The translations under genes and the position numbers were made by a program. Source: Phyllosticta citribraziliensis (Eukaryota). Taken from it: 64,000 nucleotides of DNA. The stretch spans positions 62,001 through 126,000 of the forward strand of contig NW_027117342.1 of assembly GCF_038025025.1 (NCBI RefSeq), written 5' to 3'. The notes under the pieces were generated by a model. It made no database searches, was not told where the DNA came from, and saw only the letters and a list, made by a program, of their open reading frames with translations. Each line of letters begins with the position of its first letter. Position 1 is the stretch's first letter. Below are positions 49,654 to 61,779 of this stretch, piece by piece.

Positions 49654-49721
49654 ATGGATGGATGGATGGATGGATGGATGGATGGATGGATGGATGGATG
49701 GATGGATGGATGGATGGATGG
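49654..49721 (+). repeat. (ATGG)17 microsatellite
   Basis: Directly visible. Confidence 0.97.
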
Positions 49722-52700
49722 TTGATGGAGGAGATGGTGGATTCATGAAAGAGGGGAATGCGTCATCGCACGGCTAACCGTTTTGGGTATGGCGCATTCC
49801 AACCACAAAACACCCGCGGCGACCTTCATGTCCCTGGCCTCTCTACAACATACACAACCCTCACCACTGCACCCATCCATGTCCATCACCACCGCACCAG
49901 CATTGCATCATTGACCCCAGGACGCCGTTCCACTCCCCTGCGACACGTCACCAACGGGCCCACCCCGCTTCCTCCTCCTCGCCCTCCGCCGCCGCAGTAC
50001 AACCTCTTGGTCTCGAACTTGCGCATCTTGCCAACGAGAGCAATACAAAGTTGGGCGACGATCGACCGAGATCCGCAGCGACAATGCTGGTCCAGCTCGC
50101 GTACCGCGACCGAACAATGGCGCTCAACCGCTCTCTCCGTCGCCTTCAGATCGCAGGCCTCGCCCAATGACCGGCAGTCGCAAAGCACAAGTCAGCGCAT
50201 TCCAGTCTCTCTGCCGCGCGTCGAAGCTGCGGCTCTTCGTCCGCAATTTGCATCGCTCGCTGCGGCTGGGACGCTGCACCCGGTGCTGCCTAATTCTGTA
50301 TGGCGCGTGTGGCACGAGCGAGGTTGGCTATGGTGATGAAACCACTGTGCCCGCTGTCACGACGAGCGAGCGTGGGCCGGCACATGGCAAAAGAGCAGTA
50401 CGACTGGTGAATTGGACCTGGAGGCTACACGGGCTCGGCCACCAGAAGTTGGAAGCGCCAAGTCATCGCCGACCTGAGAGACCAGCAGCCGTCTGCACGT
50501 GGGGAAAGGGGAATCCAGGCGGGGGACAAGGCGGCGCGCGCAGTCTCGCAAGATGTTGGGGATCAAGAAAGCGCTGACCAGCCAGGGCCAAACAATCGAC
50601 GCTGCCATCCACGCCCTCGTCGCCAGAAACACCACCCTCGTTAACTCCTTGGCACCCTTCTGACATCGCTCTCCTCCTCGTCATCCTCCTCGCCTACCGC
50701 CACGGCCGCCGCCCTTCAAGACCCAATCCACACCACGGCCCACGCCGCCATCCAGTACCCACGCGCTGGCGCGGTTATGCGACTCATACTTTGATTCAGA
50801 ACAGATGCATGCGGGCACGCGGCAGCTGAGCCGGATGCTGACGGACTTGGGGCAGTATTCTGCATTGCCCTCCTGGCAGCAAGAACAAGGCCGCGACGAC
50901 CACAACAAAGGCTGCGGCGGCGCCCAAGGAAAAGGCAAAGCCTGCCCCCAAGGCCAAAGCCAAGCCCACCGCCGTCCCTGTCGTCGAAAAGAAGGCCACC
51001 GAGCTCAGTCCTGCGGCCAAGGCATAGGGCGTGCGTCTGCGGACAGCACGTGCAGCAATGGTTCATGGTGGGAGCGGCAGCGGATGTTTTCCGCGCGGGC
51101 AACGGCGCTAGGAGTGCCAGCTGTGATACTGCCGCGGCGCCTGTGATCAAGAGATACGGATGAGGCCGAGTTGATGGTTGCGGACATGCCTGTGAGGGAG
51201 GGCTCCTCCGAGGCGTCGTCGCAAGAACTGGTTGACTTGTTTGACCTTGATCCTCCTCCGACACAGGCACCGTCGCTGCTGCTGCCTCAACTGCGAAATA
51301 CGGCTTCGCTCACGCCGACCGACTAAAGCTGACACTCCAACGCCAAAGCCACAACCGTACCTACACCTTCTGCCGCAATACTCCCGGTCTCGGCGCCGCC
51401 CGTTATGCCTCGCCATGGCAGCCGCATGGATGCCAGCCGACAAATACCTTTCCGTCAACTCCGGCCCTTGGCTAATGGCTCCAACTGACGCGAACGCGGG
51501 CCATTAATCCGGTGGGGGGTCCGTAGTTCCTCCTCGTCGAACAAGCAAATGGAATCCGGCTGAGGAAAGCTCGGGCGGGGATGTGAACAATCTACAGTAA
51601 AGAAAGACGGTGGGCTTGAGAGCCAGCGTGATGGACTTGGTCAACGGGGCATGGATGATGACCTGCCGCGCACAAGTTGGCTGTCGACCCAGCATTCCTG
51701 GAAGCATGACGTTCTCAAACTTCGATGCGTCGTGGTCGACGGGAACAACAATCATTTGAAAGACCTCAAAGACACCTTCCAAAAGCGCACCGACGGCTGA
51801 TCATTGCGAAGCGAGCGACTTTGGGTGGTTCGCCGCAGCCTCATGGAGGCGTTCGGAGCGCAGGACAGAGGCAGACTCGATGGAGGAGACGGCGAGAACG
51901 GATAGGCATGCGACCGACGGTGGTAGAAAAGTTGCATCACCGTCACCGCGCACCGCCCCCACCATTTCTCAAGTCGTTCCCAGAATCAAACCACCGCTGC
52001 CAGATTCTCCTCCAGTTTTGTGCTCACATCTTGCCCCGCCTTGGCTCCATTAACTGCCCCGGCCGAGAGGCAGCTGAGCAGCATCCTGCCACTTGGGATT
52101 GTGAGAAGGGGACCCGGCAGAGCAATGCAAGAGTCTGACAGCGTCGCAGATGATGAAGACACCAACATCAACGTGAAGATGGAAGACAGCAGCAACAGCC
52201 TGCTTGGCTCGTCCCGTCCTGCTTCCGCCTCAGGGATTCCCGCCGCAGATTCCCGGTTCCCTCCAGAGACATTCCCATCACGGATTCCTGCCGCAGATTC
52301 CCTCGGGCATGTTCCCTCCAGAGTTTCCACCACAGGTAGTCGGAACTGCAGCGCAGGCTGTACGAGAGAAAGCCGGTGGGAGGCACCAGAAGTTACGATG
52401 CGTCCGCGGCCGGTTGGGCGACAAGTGAAAGGGTGGTAGTAGAGCGGGAGATGAGACGGTCAGCATGCTGGATGCAGTGAGCAAGGCGAGGGTGGCGAGG
52501 CGAACGGGGTTGAGAGGACGGAGTCGAGAAAATGAAGACACGGAGACGACGCAACACACTCTTCCCCTCGTGCAGATCCATCGCCAACTTCTACTCTGTC
52601 TCATCACCGACTAGCCGCTCTCACTGTCCAACACATTCTTCTCGTTGAGCTTCACGCCTGTTGAAAACAAGTTCGCCTGCCTTCTTGCCCAGTGGCTAAT

Positions 52701-53650
52701 TAGGACAAGGGCGATTCGCATTCATGTCACCAGAATATCCCAAAGCTCTTGTGTTGACGACGACTTGGACACGCCAGCCATTCTCAACAAGTACGGCCTG
52801 AAGACAGGCATGGCGCAGAGTCATCTTGGGGACAGTGTCGTACATGGACGCGTCGGAGCCTGGAGTGGCCTCTTCAACCAGCGAGCGGAGACTGTATTGA
52901 CGACAAGTCCACGCGTTTCTGCACTCTCGTCTTGTAAAGGCCCGCACCCCATGCTTGCCTGCCAGTCACGGCGGCAAATTGACATTTCGCGCCATCGTGA
53001 ACCCACTCCGCTGCCGAGCGCTGCCAGGCTGCTTTGTCACACTCCGTCCTAGCGACAGAGCGACGTCTCATCGCTAAAATTTTACCAAAGCTCGTTTTGC
53101 GTCAATTCAACCGTCACCCGCCGGCCTGGCTGTGAGAGGCACCTCTTGTCATTCAGCCGACTGCTCCGTCGTGCCATCAAGACGGCCAGCATAGTCTCAA
53201 GCAAGCTCCCCAATTCCTACCCGCATGGGATGATACTGTTCGCGCCCTTAACAGCACGGCTGTTAATATGAAGCGAGTATCTAGTAGGACTAGAGGAGAT
53301 ATCCCTACTAAGCCAGCAGACGCGATGCACGTCGGACGCCAACTAAAAGAGTTCCGGTCAGTCCATATATATTACTCTTCACTTAATCCGTCTACACGAT
53401 AGTCACTGACGTCACAAAAGCTTGCCAAAACGGCCGAGTGCCGCCTTCCCATGCTCTTATCTCTAAGGGCGACGACAACACAAGTACGCGGTTGTAGAAT
53501 CACAGGCGCTGTGGAGCTTGCACAGCCAATTTGGAGCTACCATCGTCGAGTGAGATTAGGCACATCGTCTTTCACATAGACACCCCTGCTCTCTGCTCTA
53601 CCGTCAGGAGACCTTGCCGATATTGTTTCTCCGACCGCGCTGCATCCATC

Positions 53651-54160
53651 AATAACCACCACGCGTTTGAGCATCAAGTGAAACTTTGTCGAACTGTTGC
53701 TTGCTGGAAGGTTGAAGACAACATTGCCCAACTCTTCCTACTTGCCGACGTTCTTTCTCCGGTCGCGCTGCCTCAACAACCACCACGTGTTTGAGCATCA
53801 AGTGAAACTTTGTCGAACTGTTGCTCGCTGGAAGGTTGAGGACAACATTGATCTCTTCCTACTTGCCGACGTTCTTTCTCCGGTCGCGCTGCCTCAACAA
53901 CCACCACGCGTTTGAGCATCAAGTGAAACTTTATCGAACTGTTGCTTGCTGGAAGGTTGAGGACAACTCCAGTTGCGCCATCAACAACCACGACACATTT
54001 GAGCATCAACCGAAACTTTGTCGAACTGTTACTTGCTGGAAGGCTGAGGACAACTCCAGTTGCGCCATCAACAACCACGACACATTTAAGCATCAGGCGA
54101 AACTTTGTCGAACTGTTACTTGCTAGAAGGCTGAAGACAACATTACCTATCTCTTCCTAC
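53651..54160 (+). repeat. Five-copy tandem repeat (72-bp core, units of 124, 121, 87 and 87 bp)
   Basis: Core AACAACCACCACGCGTTTGAGCATCAAGTGAAACTTTGTCGAACTGTTGCTTGCTGGAAGGTTGAGGACAAC at 53651, 53775, 53896, 53983, 54070. Confidence 0.95.
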
Positions 54161-55283
54161 GCAATAATCTTCCAGGATCTTGCATACTCTCTCGAATACT
54201 GGTGCACTACCGCCAATCTCAGAGTCCTGCGCTTGCTTCCCTCATCTGCGAAGGATGAGGCGCGACGCATCAAGGTCCCCAAGACTATCGCCACCGTACC
54301 CCATATCACTGAGGAAATCCCGACTGGAGATCATGTTCACAGTGAAGACTATTTCAGTGGCTGCAATGGTTTTGTACGGCATCTAGCATCCTTCAGTAAA
54401 CACAACACCAAAATTCAAGTCAAGTGCCCCGAAACTTCTGGATGAACCACAAAAAAGGCGCATCAGACGACGAAATTACCAAACCCTGTCTCTTCCAGCA
54501 GGCGACGTCCGACGCCGGCCGTTAGAGAGACGATGAGTCTCTTCTTCCTCTGCTTCATCTGAGCAATTCGTTACGCGCTTGACAGGGCGCTGCTAGACAA
54601 GAAGATGGATGCTTCATGAGACGACGCAAAATGAAACACTACTAGACAGGACGTTTTAGGACCAAGCGTCGCAGTCGCCATTGGACAACTTGTCAATCGA
54701 TGCGATGAAGATCCTTCGGAAGAAAACAAGGCGTCCTTACTCAAAGTGCGACGGGAAGTTGGGGTCCTGTTGCAGCAAAATCGCAAGGTCGATGTACGTC
54801 TTGCGGCCCGCATCCTGTAGAGCTTTAGCAGCAAGCAAACTGGCGGTCTTTCAACGAACTACACCTTCCTGTGCCCTCAGCCTCTACCCATCCTCAATCC
54901 TCCACTCATACCCAGCATCGCAACCACGGTACTTGCTCCTTGGTCCTCCGAACCCTCTTGCCGCTGGGAAGTGGAGATGTCTTTTCTCAGGTCGTATTCA
55001 CCAACTCCCGACTCTTTGTATATCTTGCACCACTCACTCGTCCGTATATCCCTTTGACCTTGTGCAACAAGCTCCACCGATTCATCTCATCTGCCTGTAC
55101 CAGTCAGCAAGAAGCCGGAACGGGATCACGGGTCTTCTTCCTGTTCTAATTCTGGGCGCGCGCAAAGTCAGTGGCCGCGGCGGCTTAACCACGTCGAACT
55201 ATGCTATTTCCTTCAAATAATCATTCTCGCCAACGCCGTCTCCTGGTCATTCTCCTTGTCCTTATCCTCCTCCAATTTCTCCC

Positions 55284-55997
55284 GTGGTCGACACTGGACG
55301 CCGCTCTTGCTTCTACTATTTATTATGCGTCCAACATGTACGTGTCTGCTGCTCCGGTCGTGGCCTTGCTGCCATTGCCATTATCTATCTACGGGCGCTG
55401 CCAGCGGGTCCAAAGAGAGTTTCCAGAAGGGGGGAGGTGGACTGGACCAGCATAGGGGTCTCTTGCATCCAACGCAGTGCCTGCCCGTTTATACCTCAGC
55501 TCGAAAGCGGGGGGCGAGCGATGGGGGGCTTCAGGCTGAACGAGCCGGACGAATTGGTCATCGTACAGCCGCCGGCAGGTGATCTGTTACGGACAACCAC
55601 CTCAGCCTCACTCCCGTCCACATCATTTGCTGCTGCACACGCTGCGGAGAGCCATGGCGGAAAAGCCATCCCATCACCCGACGAAGTAGGAGGAGGAGCA
55701 ACAGCACAGCAGCCGCCGCCGCAGCAAGACGGCCGTTGTCGCATCGATTCCCTCGAGGCCGTGGTGCGGGGACAGGATGCGAGGTGGGTCGAAGCCGTCG
55801 CCGCCGCCAAAGAGCGCCTGCGCGCTGCGTTTAGCGGCCTCGACCAACAGGTGGAGCAGCTCGTTGATGTCCTGCGCGGCATGCAAGCGCTGTGGCAGAG
55901 GTCCTCCACCTTGGCTCGCAATCTCACACTCCGGCACCACCTCATCCACCTCATCCCCCACCAGGTCAAGGCCAAGCAAGCTTTGCCAGCCCAGTGA
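55284..55997 (+). CDS. Hypothetical protein with C-terminal coiled coil (true start possibly 55521)
   Basis: 237-aa ORF; RIDSLEAVV...LDQQVEQLVDVLRGMQAL is heptad-like. Confidence 0.4.
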   Translation: MVDTGRRSCFYYLLCVQHVRVCCSGRGLAAIAIIYLRALPAGPKRVSRRGEVDWTSIGVSCIQRSACPFIPQLESGGRAMGGFRLNEPDELVIVQPPAGDLLRTTTSASLPSTSFAAAHAAESHGGKAIPSPDEVGGGATAQQPPPQQDGRCRIDSLEAVVRGQDARWVEAVAAAKERLRAAFSGLDQQVEQLVDVLRGMQALWQRSSTLARNLTLRHHLIHLIPHQVKAKQALPAQ

Positions 55998-56048
55998 CGA
56001 TAAAGAAAAAAGACTTGACCTCTACCTCTCATTCATCAATCCATGACT

Positions 56049-56192
56049 TGGGACCAAAGCTTCCCCGGTGGCGATTACGACGCCGTCGCCCGCCGCAAGG
56101 CTTCCGGAGCTCCAGCTGGCGTTGCTCCAGCCGCTGCTCCCAGCACCGCACGCCGACCAGCGGCTTTTGGCAACACCGGTGCGACAAGAGCC
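56049..56192 (+). pseudogene. BIM1: Fragment of EB1/Bim1/Mal3 (end of calponin-homology domain plus linker)
   Basis: WDQSFPGGDYDAVARRKASGAPAGVAPAAAPSTARRPAA matches the EB1 W/FD...(P)G.(D/E)YDAVARR signature; rest of the CH domain and the EBH domain absent. Confidence 0.85.
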
Positions 56193-59162
56193 CTCTTGTA
56201 CAAAGTCAGAGCTTCTGCAGAAAGCACGGGAACCATTCTCAGGTGCTTTGCTACTTGCGCGTTTGCCATTTGGGATATACAGACCAGACGGATCAGTATT
56301 TTAACGACTTCAGATGGCTGCCGTACCTCTGCAAAAAACAGTTTGCAATTTAGTCGCCAGCAAGAGCAGCCTTGACCATTTTGTGGTAATTTAAATGTAT
56401 CCACAATTCTCCGGTCCCTCTGCTTGACAAAACCAAGGACCGCCACGCTCGGGATTCGTCCTCGTCGTCAACACCTTCGTTCCCGGCCAGACTCTCCCTC
56501 TGCTTTGACCCTGGTGCGGACCGACCATGGACTTGGCCCCGAATGCCCGCCCCGGATATGATGACGACTTCGCGTCATGCATATTGCCACCACTCCAGCG
56601 TCGTCGGACGGACCCGTGAAACCACGGTGCAAGGCCGCCGTGGTTGGTGTGGTTCCTTGGGTTCCTACAGGTCTACTCCTACATGTACCTTAGCGCCGCC
56701 AAAATATTCAGTATCAAGGCAGACTTCTCTGCTCACGACCCTCCTGAAAATGGCGCCAAACCCATGCGCGAGCGCCGCCTCTGCTGCCGCCACCGTCTCT
56801 GTTGCCGCCGCCAAAGTCTTGAATATTTGACCCATCCGCCCGCATCTGAAAAGGAGAAAGACATATATTAGCACTCCGGGTGACATGTATTTTTGTAATA
56901 GGAGGTGGTCGAGTTTGTCAGAAAACTTCCCTGCGTCGACGGCGGACGAGGAAGGGTGGTTAAATGCTGAATTTCCACCGCTGATAATCTTACGCTTTCG
57001 CAGTAGCAAAGCTTCCCACCCTGATGCACCTCGCCCACACCCGGGATCTGAAAATTACCTTTGCAGTTGACGTTGTCCGACGGGAGTGCTGGGTCCGGAG
57101 GAAAATGCGGAGCGGGCGGTGGATACACGACAACTTCCCGGTCCTCTTCTCAGACCTCTTCCACCACCACGTCACATCAATCTTGACTAGCACCTACCAC
57201 GTCGCGCTGCCTCAACATGGCCAAAACGGGGTTAGCTCTGCTCCTACCACGCCTCCCAGGCCAATTCCCAGGCTGTCGAACACCACCACGATCACCACCA
57301 CCGATGCAGGCGAAGCCCGACGGCGAAGCGACAAGATTTCAGGAGTGGTGATGGTGTTGTTTCGTCATTGCGGCACCCAGCGACTGTTGTCAAAGATGCA
57401 GGGGGGGAAGAACGGGAGTAGTCAGTCTCCGGATATGGATTCCTTTACCATCTCAGCTCTGCTCCACGTCCGCCTCATCAGCAAGCAATGAGTACTCTTC
57501 CACTATCCCTGAACGTTGTCAATGTCCACCATGTCTAAGGCCCCAGCCCCGTCGGTCAAGACGCTGTATCTTGTCATCCACCTCAACTGACGTGGGCCCT
57601 TATTCTCTTATCCAACTTACCTTGTTCTCTCTCTCGCAGCTTGAGCCGCCTACTTCTAGGCAGTCAGTTATCCTTACCGTCGCGACGCCCGGCCTGCCCA
57701 CGCTTCCTCGCGCGCGCCGTCCCTTTCCCTCTCGTCATTTCCTCATATCAACCCAACCGTTCCACGCAACGACGCGTCTTGCACTCATCAGATTAATGGA
57801 TGGATCCATGGGAGTGCGCCATTTCGGATAAAACTCAGTCCGGTCGCGTCGCATCGTCCGGGTTCCCATCCCCCCGCCATCTTTGACTCTCTACAGCCGC
57901 AAGCCACGACATCAACGACACAACGACCGTGTCTATGATGCCTTGCCCACCAGGCCTGGATGAGTGAAAGGCCCAACCACGACTTCTCCATGCTGCTTTA
58001 ACCTCTCTACTTACCCTCTAGACAGGCACACTAGCTGCTCTTACATTATACTGCCTTCAGACCTACCCCTTGCTACAACCTGCCTTCTCTCATCTATTAA
58101 TCTACCATCCAACTCGCTCAAGCAGCTTGAGCGTCTCAAAGGAACTGGCGTCTTTTTCTTACTTTACTCTCCACAACTAGTGGCGTTTGACGCCGGCCAT
58201 GATTGAACCATCTTGTGGCAACGCGTTCCCTCGAGCCCGCCGGTGTATTTCACAACGCACGACTCACGGCGGCATGCTAGGACATCATGTCAGCGGCAAA
58301 GCGCCCGCAAATTGCTGGCGCCGCTCCCCGCTATAAAACGCGTCTGCCAAAGTCCCGTCCCTCGTCTCCACCATGCGCACGCTGGGCTACTCACTGGCCT
58401 CGGTCCATGTTTCAATCTCTTAGCGCCGCTCTTAGCCAAGTCCTGGAATTGGACATCGGGAGGGCTCATAGGGCGGCGGCGCCGTCGGTGAGGGCGGAGC
58501 TTTTGCGACGGAAACTAACACGAGAATGGACATGTCCAGGTCGTCTTTCTTGTGGTCTACGCACAAAGGAGGGGGACCTTTAGCTGGCTCCAGTCACCTG
58601 CTCCTGAATCCGAGCGCATGATGCTCGAACTCGCCACTATTCCGCAAGAACCGAGTGGCTCGACGCCGCGTGTTGCGCTCCAGTCCGTCCAGCAAACTGA
58701 GCTGGCCTGCACGACATCAGCCTGGCTACCTAGCCGAATGGCCACCGTGCCGATGGCGTGGCCGACGCGCGGGCGGCCTGCTGGCCAATCATGCAAGCTC
58801 GCGCCGTCTCCTCCTGCGCCTGAAAGCGGCCGTACTCTCCCTTCCACACGTTGACCCAGTAGGCGAGGCCTGTGGAAGGCGGACACAGCGCGTGCGAGGC
58901 ACCGTCGACAGTGTGGACGGACTCTGCGGGGAATAACTTCAAGTCCCCTTTTTTCTACTTGCTTTAAGGCGACAAGAACAGCGTCACACTCTCGTCCACA
59001 GCCCCTTTCGCAGGATACGAGGACAGATTCGTCAGTCTCAGATCTAAAAGACCCTCATCTCTCCACGCTATCCTTAGGGCTTTCGTCCATAGCAGTGATC
59101 TTCTACTTAATCCACCACCTCCTCCAATACCGAGGCCAATTGCGAACATAAAGCCATCGTCT

Positions 59163-59333
59163 CAACCAACATCAGCGAATCAAAATCAGTCGGGCAGCCT
59201 GAAGGCTTCTATAGGGGAGCGTCCTGGGCCTCCACCAACACCAGTAAATCAAAATCAGTTGGGCAGCTCGAAGGCTTCCACAGGGGAGCGTCCCGGGGCT
59301 CCACCAATACCAGCAAATTAAAATCAGTCAGGC
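59163..59333 (+). repeat. 69-bp tandem repeat, about 2.4 copies
   Basis: AAT(C/T)AAAATCAGT at 59178, 59247, 59316. Confidence 0.9.
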
Positions 59334-60785
59334 ACCCTTAACCTCCTCTCCCGACTAACCGTGATCTCGGCCAACCCTCAAACAAATTCAAGTGGCACCC
59401 ACTACCATGATGGCTTTTCTCATAGACGGCTATATTTATAGCATGACATAGTGTTATAGTTAGTATAATTACTCGCTCTCCCTACCTTAATAAATCACTA
59501 GCAGCATTAGTAGGACTACCTGCTTTACTTCCTTATCCTCATCTTTGATTAAATCTTAGCTGACGGCGTCTTCTTTATTATTATGTGCAGCAAGATGAGC
59601 GGTAGAGATAGGAAGAGAAGGGCTAAGTTGAAGTGCACGGAGAAGAAGAAGGTAGGGTAGTTTATTTTATCTCTCGTCCGCGCTCTTCTCCGTTAACCAA
59701 CACTGATTATGACGTTGTCTCTTAATCCATCCACGGTCCATCATCCCTTCTCCGTCCTCCAGCCAACGCACGAGCCGTGTTTTGTGGGTCATCGAGAAGC
59801 CGAATGCTAGCAAGCAGCGCATCGCCGTGGCAGATCGTGCGCCCACAACCGACTAATCGAATGACCTGTCAAGATCCCAGAGGCAGGTCAAGGCATCATC
59901 TGAGGTTGAGTGGATTTTATGTTCTCTAGATGCATGACGATGTTGCTTTCCGCCTCCCGTCCCTCAACCTACACCACCGCTAACAGGACATCCCGGCTCC
60001 TCGCGTCCTTGTGCCATTTTCCAATTCCTTCATGTCATCGAAATGAAATTTGAGGTAGCGGCCTATTGAAGCTCGTAGGCGTTTATCGACGACGTACGGC
60101 GAGGCGAGGCTCGTACAGCTCGTGAGCTTGCCGGTGAATTGTCCGCTGTCGAGGCTCATCGAGGACTCAAAGCGACCCCCAGCATTCTCTCCTCGCCAGT
60201 GAAACACACAGGGCCGGCTGCCGCCCCTGGTAGCTTGTCAGAACGGCGAGGAGGTTCGCGATCTTGGGCTGATGACCCGGCACAGAAACAGAGGGGGGGA
60301 CAGGAGGGAAGAAGCTGAAGTGAACATGTATATGGCTGGAATTAGACAATGCCCGGTTTCTGTCGTGTCGCGTCGCATCGTCCGATCTGCCTCGCTAGGG
60401 TTAGGTGCGGACATAAGACTTGCAACCTACAAATCAGTATAAACGAGAGAGGGTGAGGTTGAGGGAGGCGTAATTCTCTGGAAATACCCCTGCTGACGAC
60501 GAAACGAGGACCTTTGAGGCAACTTGAGCGATACCGATGACGCGATGAGCCCGCGGAGGGGATATCCTGCGCGTAGTAGTCAGTCAGTTTTGAGAAGCTG
60601 TTAACGGAGCCTTGCGGCAAAACAACCTTGAGGCCATGATGGCTGTTGGGAATGGTCGCCCATCTCACCGTGCCCAAGATGTCCTTGATGTATGCCGAGG
60701 AAAATGATGTGGGCCAGAAGGCAATCCAGGACAACAGCGCGGAAACGTCGGAGTGTAGCTTGGAGGGCCAAGATTGGTGGATTTG

Positions 60786-61141
60786 AGGACAGCGGCCAGA
60801 CGGCGAGGTGATTCCTTTGATGCAGACTTCGTACAGTTCGGAAGAACGCACGAAGAGAGGAGCGCCTCTTTGAGGCTTAGAGGAGAGCGGCCGGGCGGCG
60901 AGGTGTTTCCTTCAACGTAGAGTCCGGCCTGTCGGGTATCGGTCAGTACAGCTCTGAAGGAGAGGACGGCGGGAGGAGTACTTGTCTGAGAAGCATCTCC
61001 CATGGAAGAGCCAAGAGATGGACGGCTTCGAATGCAGAGGACAGCGGCCAAGCGGTGAGGTGTTTCTTCCAAGCGTACCAGTCAGTACAGCTCTGAAGGA
61101 GTGAAGCGGCGGGAGGAGTACTTCTCTGAGCAAGCATCTCC
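60786..61141. repeat. Degenerate ~140-bp modular duplication
   Basis: GTCAGTACAGCTCTGAAGGAG at 60942 and 61081; GAGGA(C/G)AGCGGCC..GCGG.GAGGTG three times. Confidence 0.8.
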
Positions 61142-61460
61142 AACGGACGAGTGCAGTGAGCGAGCGGATGGATGGCGGATAAGGGGAGCAGGGGCGGGCG
61201 ATGAGGGTGAAGCTGGCGAGGCGGCGGGAGGATTGCAGCGATCGATGATGGATGAAGTGGACGAGAGTGGAGCGAGAGAGGGTGTCACTACATGTACCTT
61301 ACCTTACCTTCAGTAGCAGTGCGTGACCTGCCGACGCGACCTCACCTCAGGTCCCTGAGAGACTCCAGGTCGGCCCGCAACGCGAAATCACGTGACACCG
61401 CGACCGTCTGAAGGAACCGAACGCGATGGGACCGGACCGGACCCGCTAGTTATCTCAGCA

Positions 61461-61779
61461 GGTGACTCAGCCGCTCGCTCACGTGACCGCCATACTCGCC
61501 GGCGGGAATGGCAAACTCGCCGGCGAGTATGGCTTTCTCGCTCACGTGACCGGCATACTCGCCAGCGGGAATGGCAAACTCGCCAGCGGGAATGGCCATA
61601 CTCGCCAGCGGGAATTATACTCGCCAGCGGGTGACTCAGCCACTCGCTCACGTGACCGCCATACTCGCCGGCGGGAATGGCAAACTCGCCGGCGAGTATG
61701 GCTTTCTCGCTCACGTGACCGGCATACTCGCCAGCGGGAATGGCATACTCGCCAGCGGGAATGGCCATACTCGCCAGCG
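61461..61779 (+). repeat. Locus E of the dispersed palindromic modular repeat (higher-order ~170-bp unit x2)
   Basis: Same modules as loci C/D; GGTGACTCAGCC at 61461 and 61631. Confidence 0.97.

Noticed and set aside
49995..50336. HAUS6/augmin N-terminal similarity (LLVSNLRIL...W..I)
   Set aside because: Only a few matching residues; cannot be told from chance without a profile search.
50878..51027. Histone H1-like K/A/P-rich tail (KAAAAPKEKAKPAPKAKAKP)
   Set aside because: Low complexity, no globular H15 domain or start codon nearby.
53651..54160. CRISPR-like array (also considered for the palindromic arrays)
   Set aside because: Eukaryotic context, no cas genes, and the sequences between repeats are themselves repeated rather than unique spacers.
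56391..56480. GRF zinc-finger-like WFCQAEGPENCGYI
   Set aside because: First Cys/His pair and the GRxF motif are missing.
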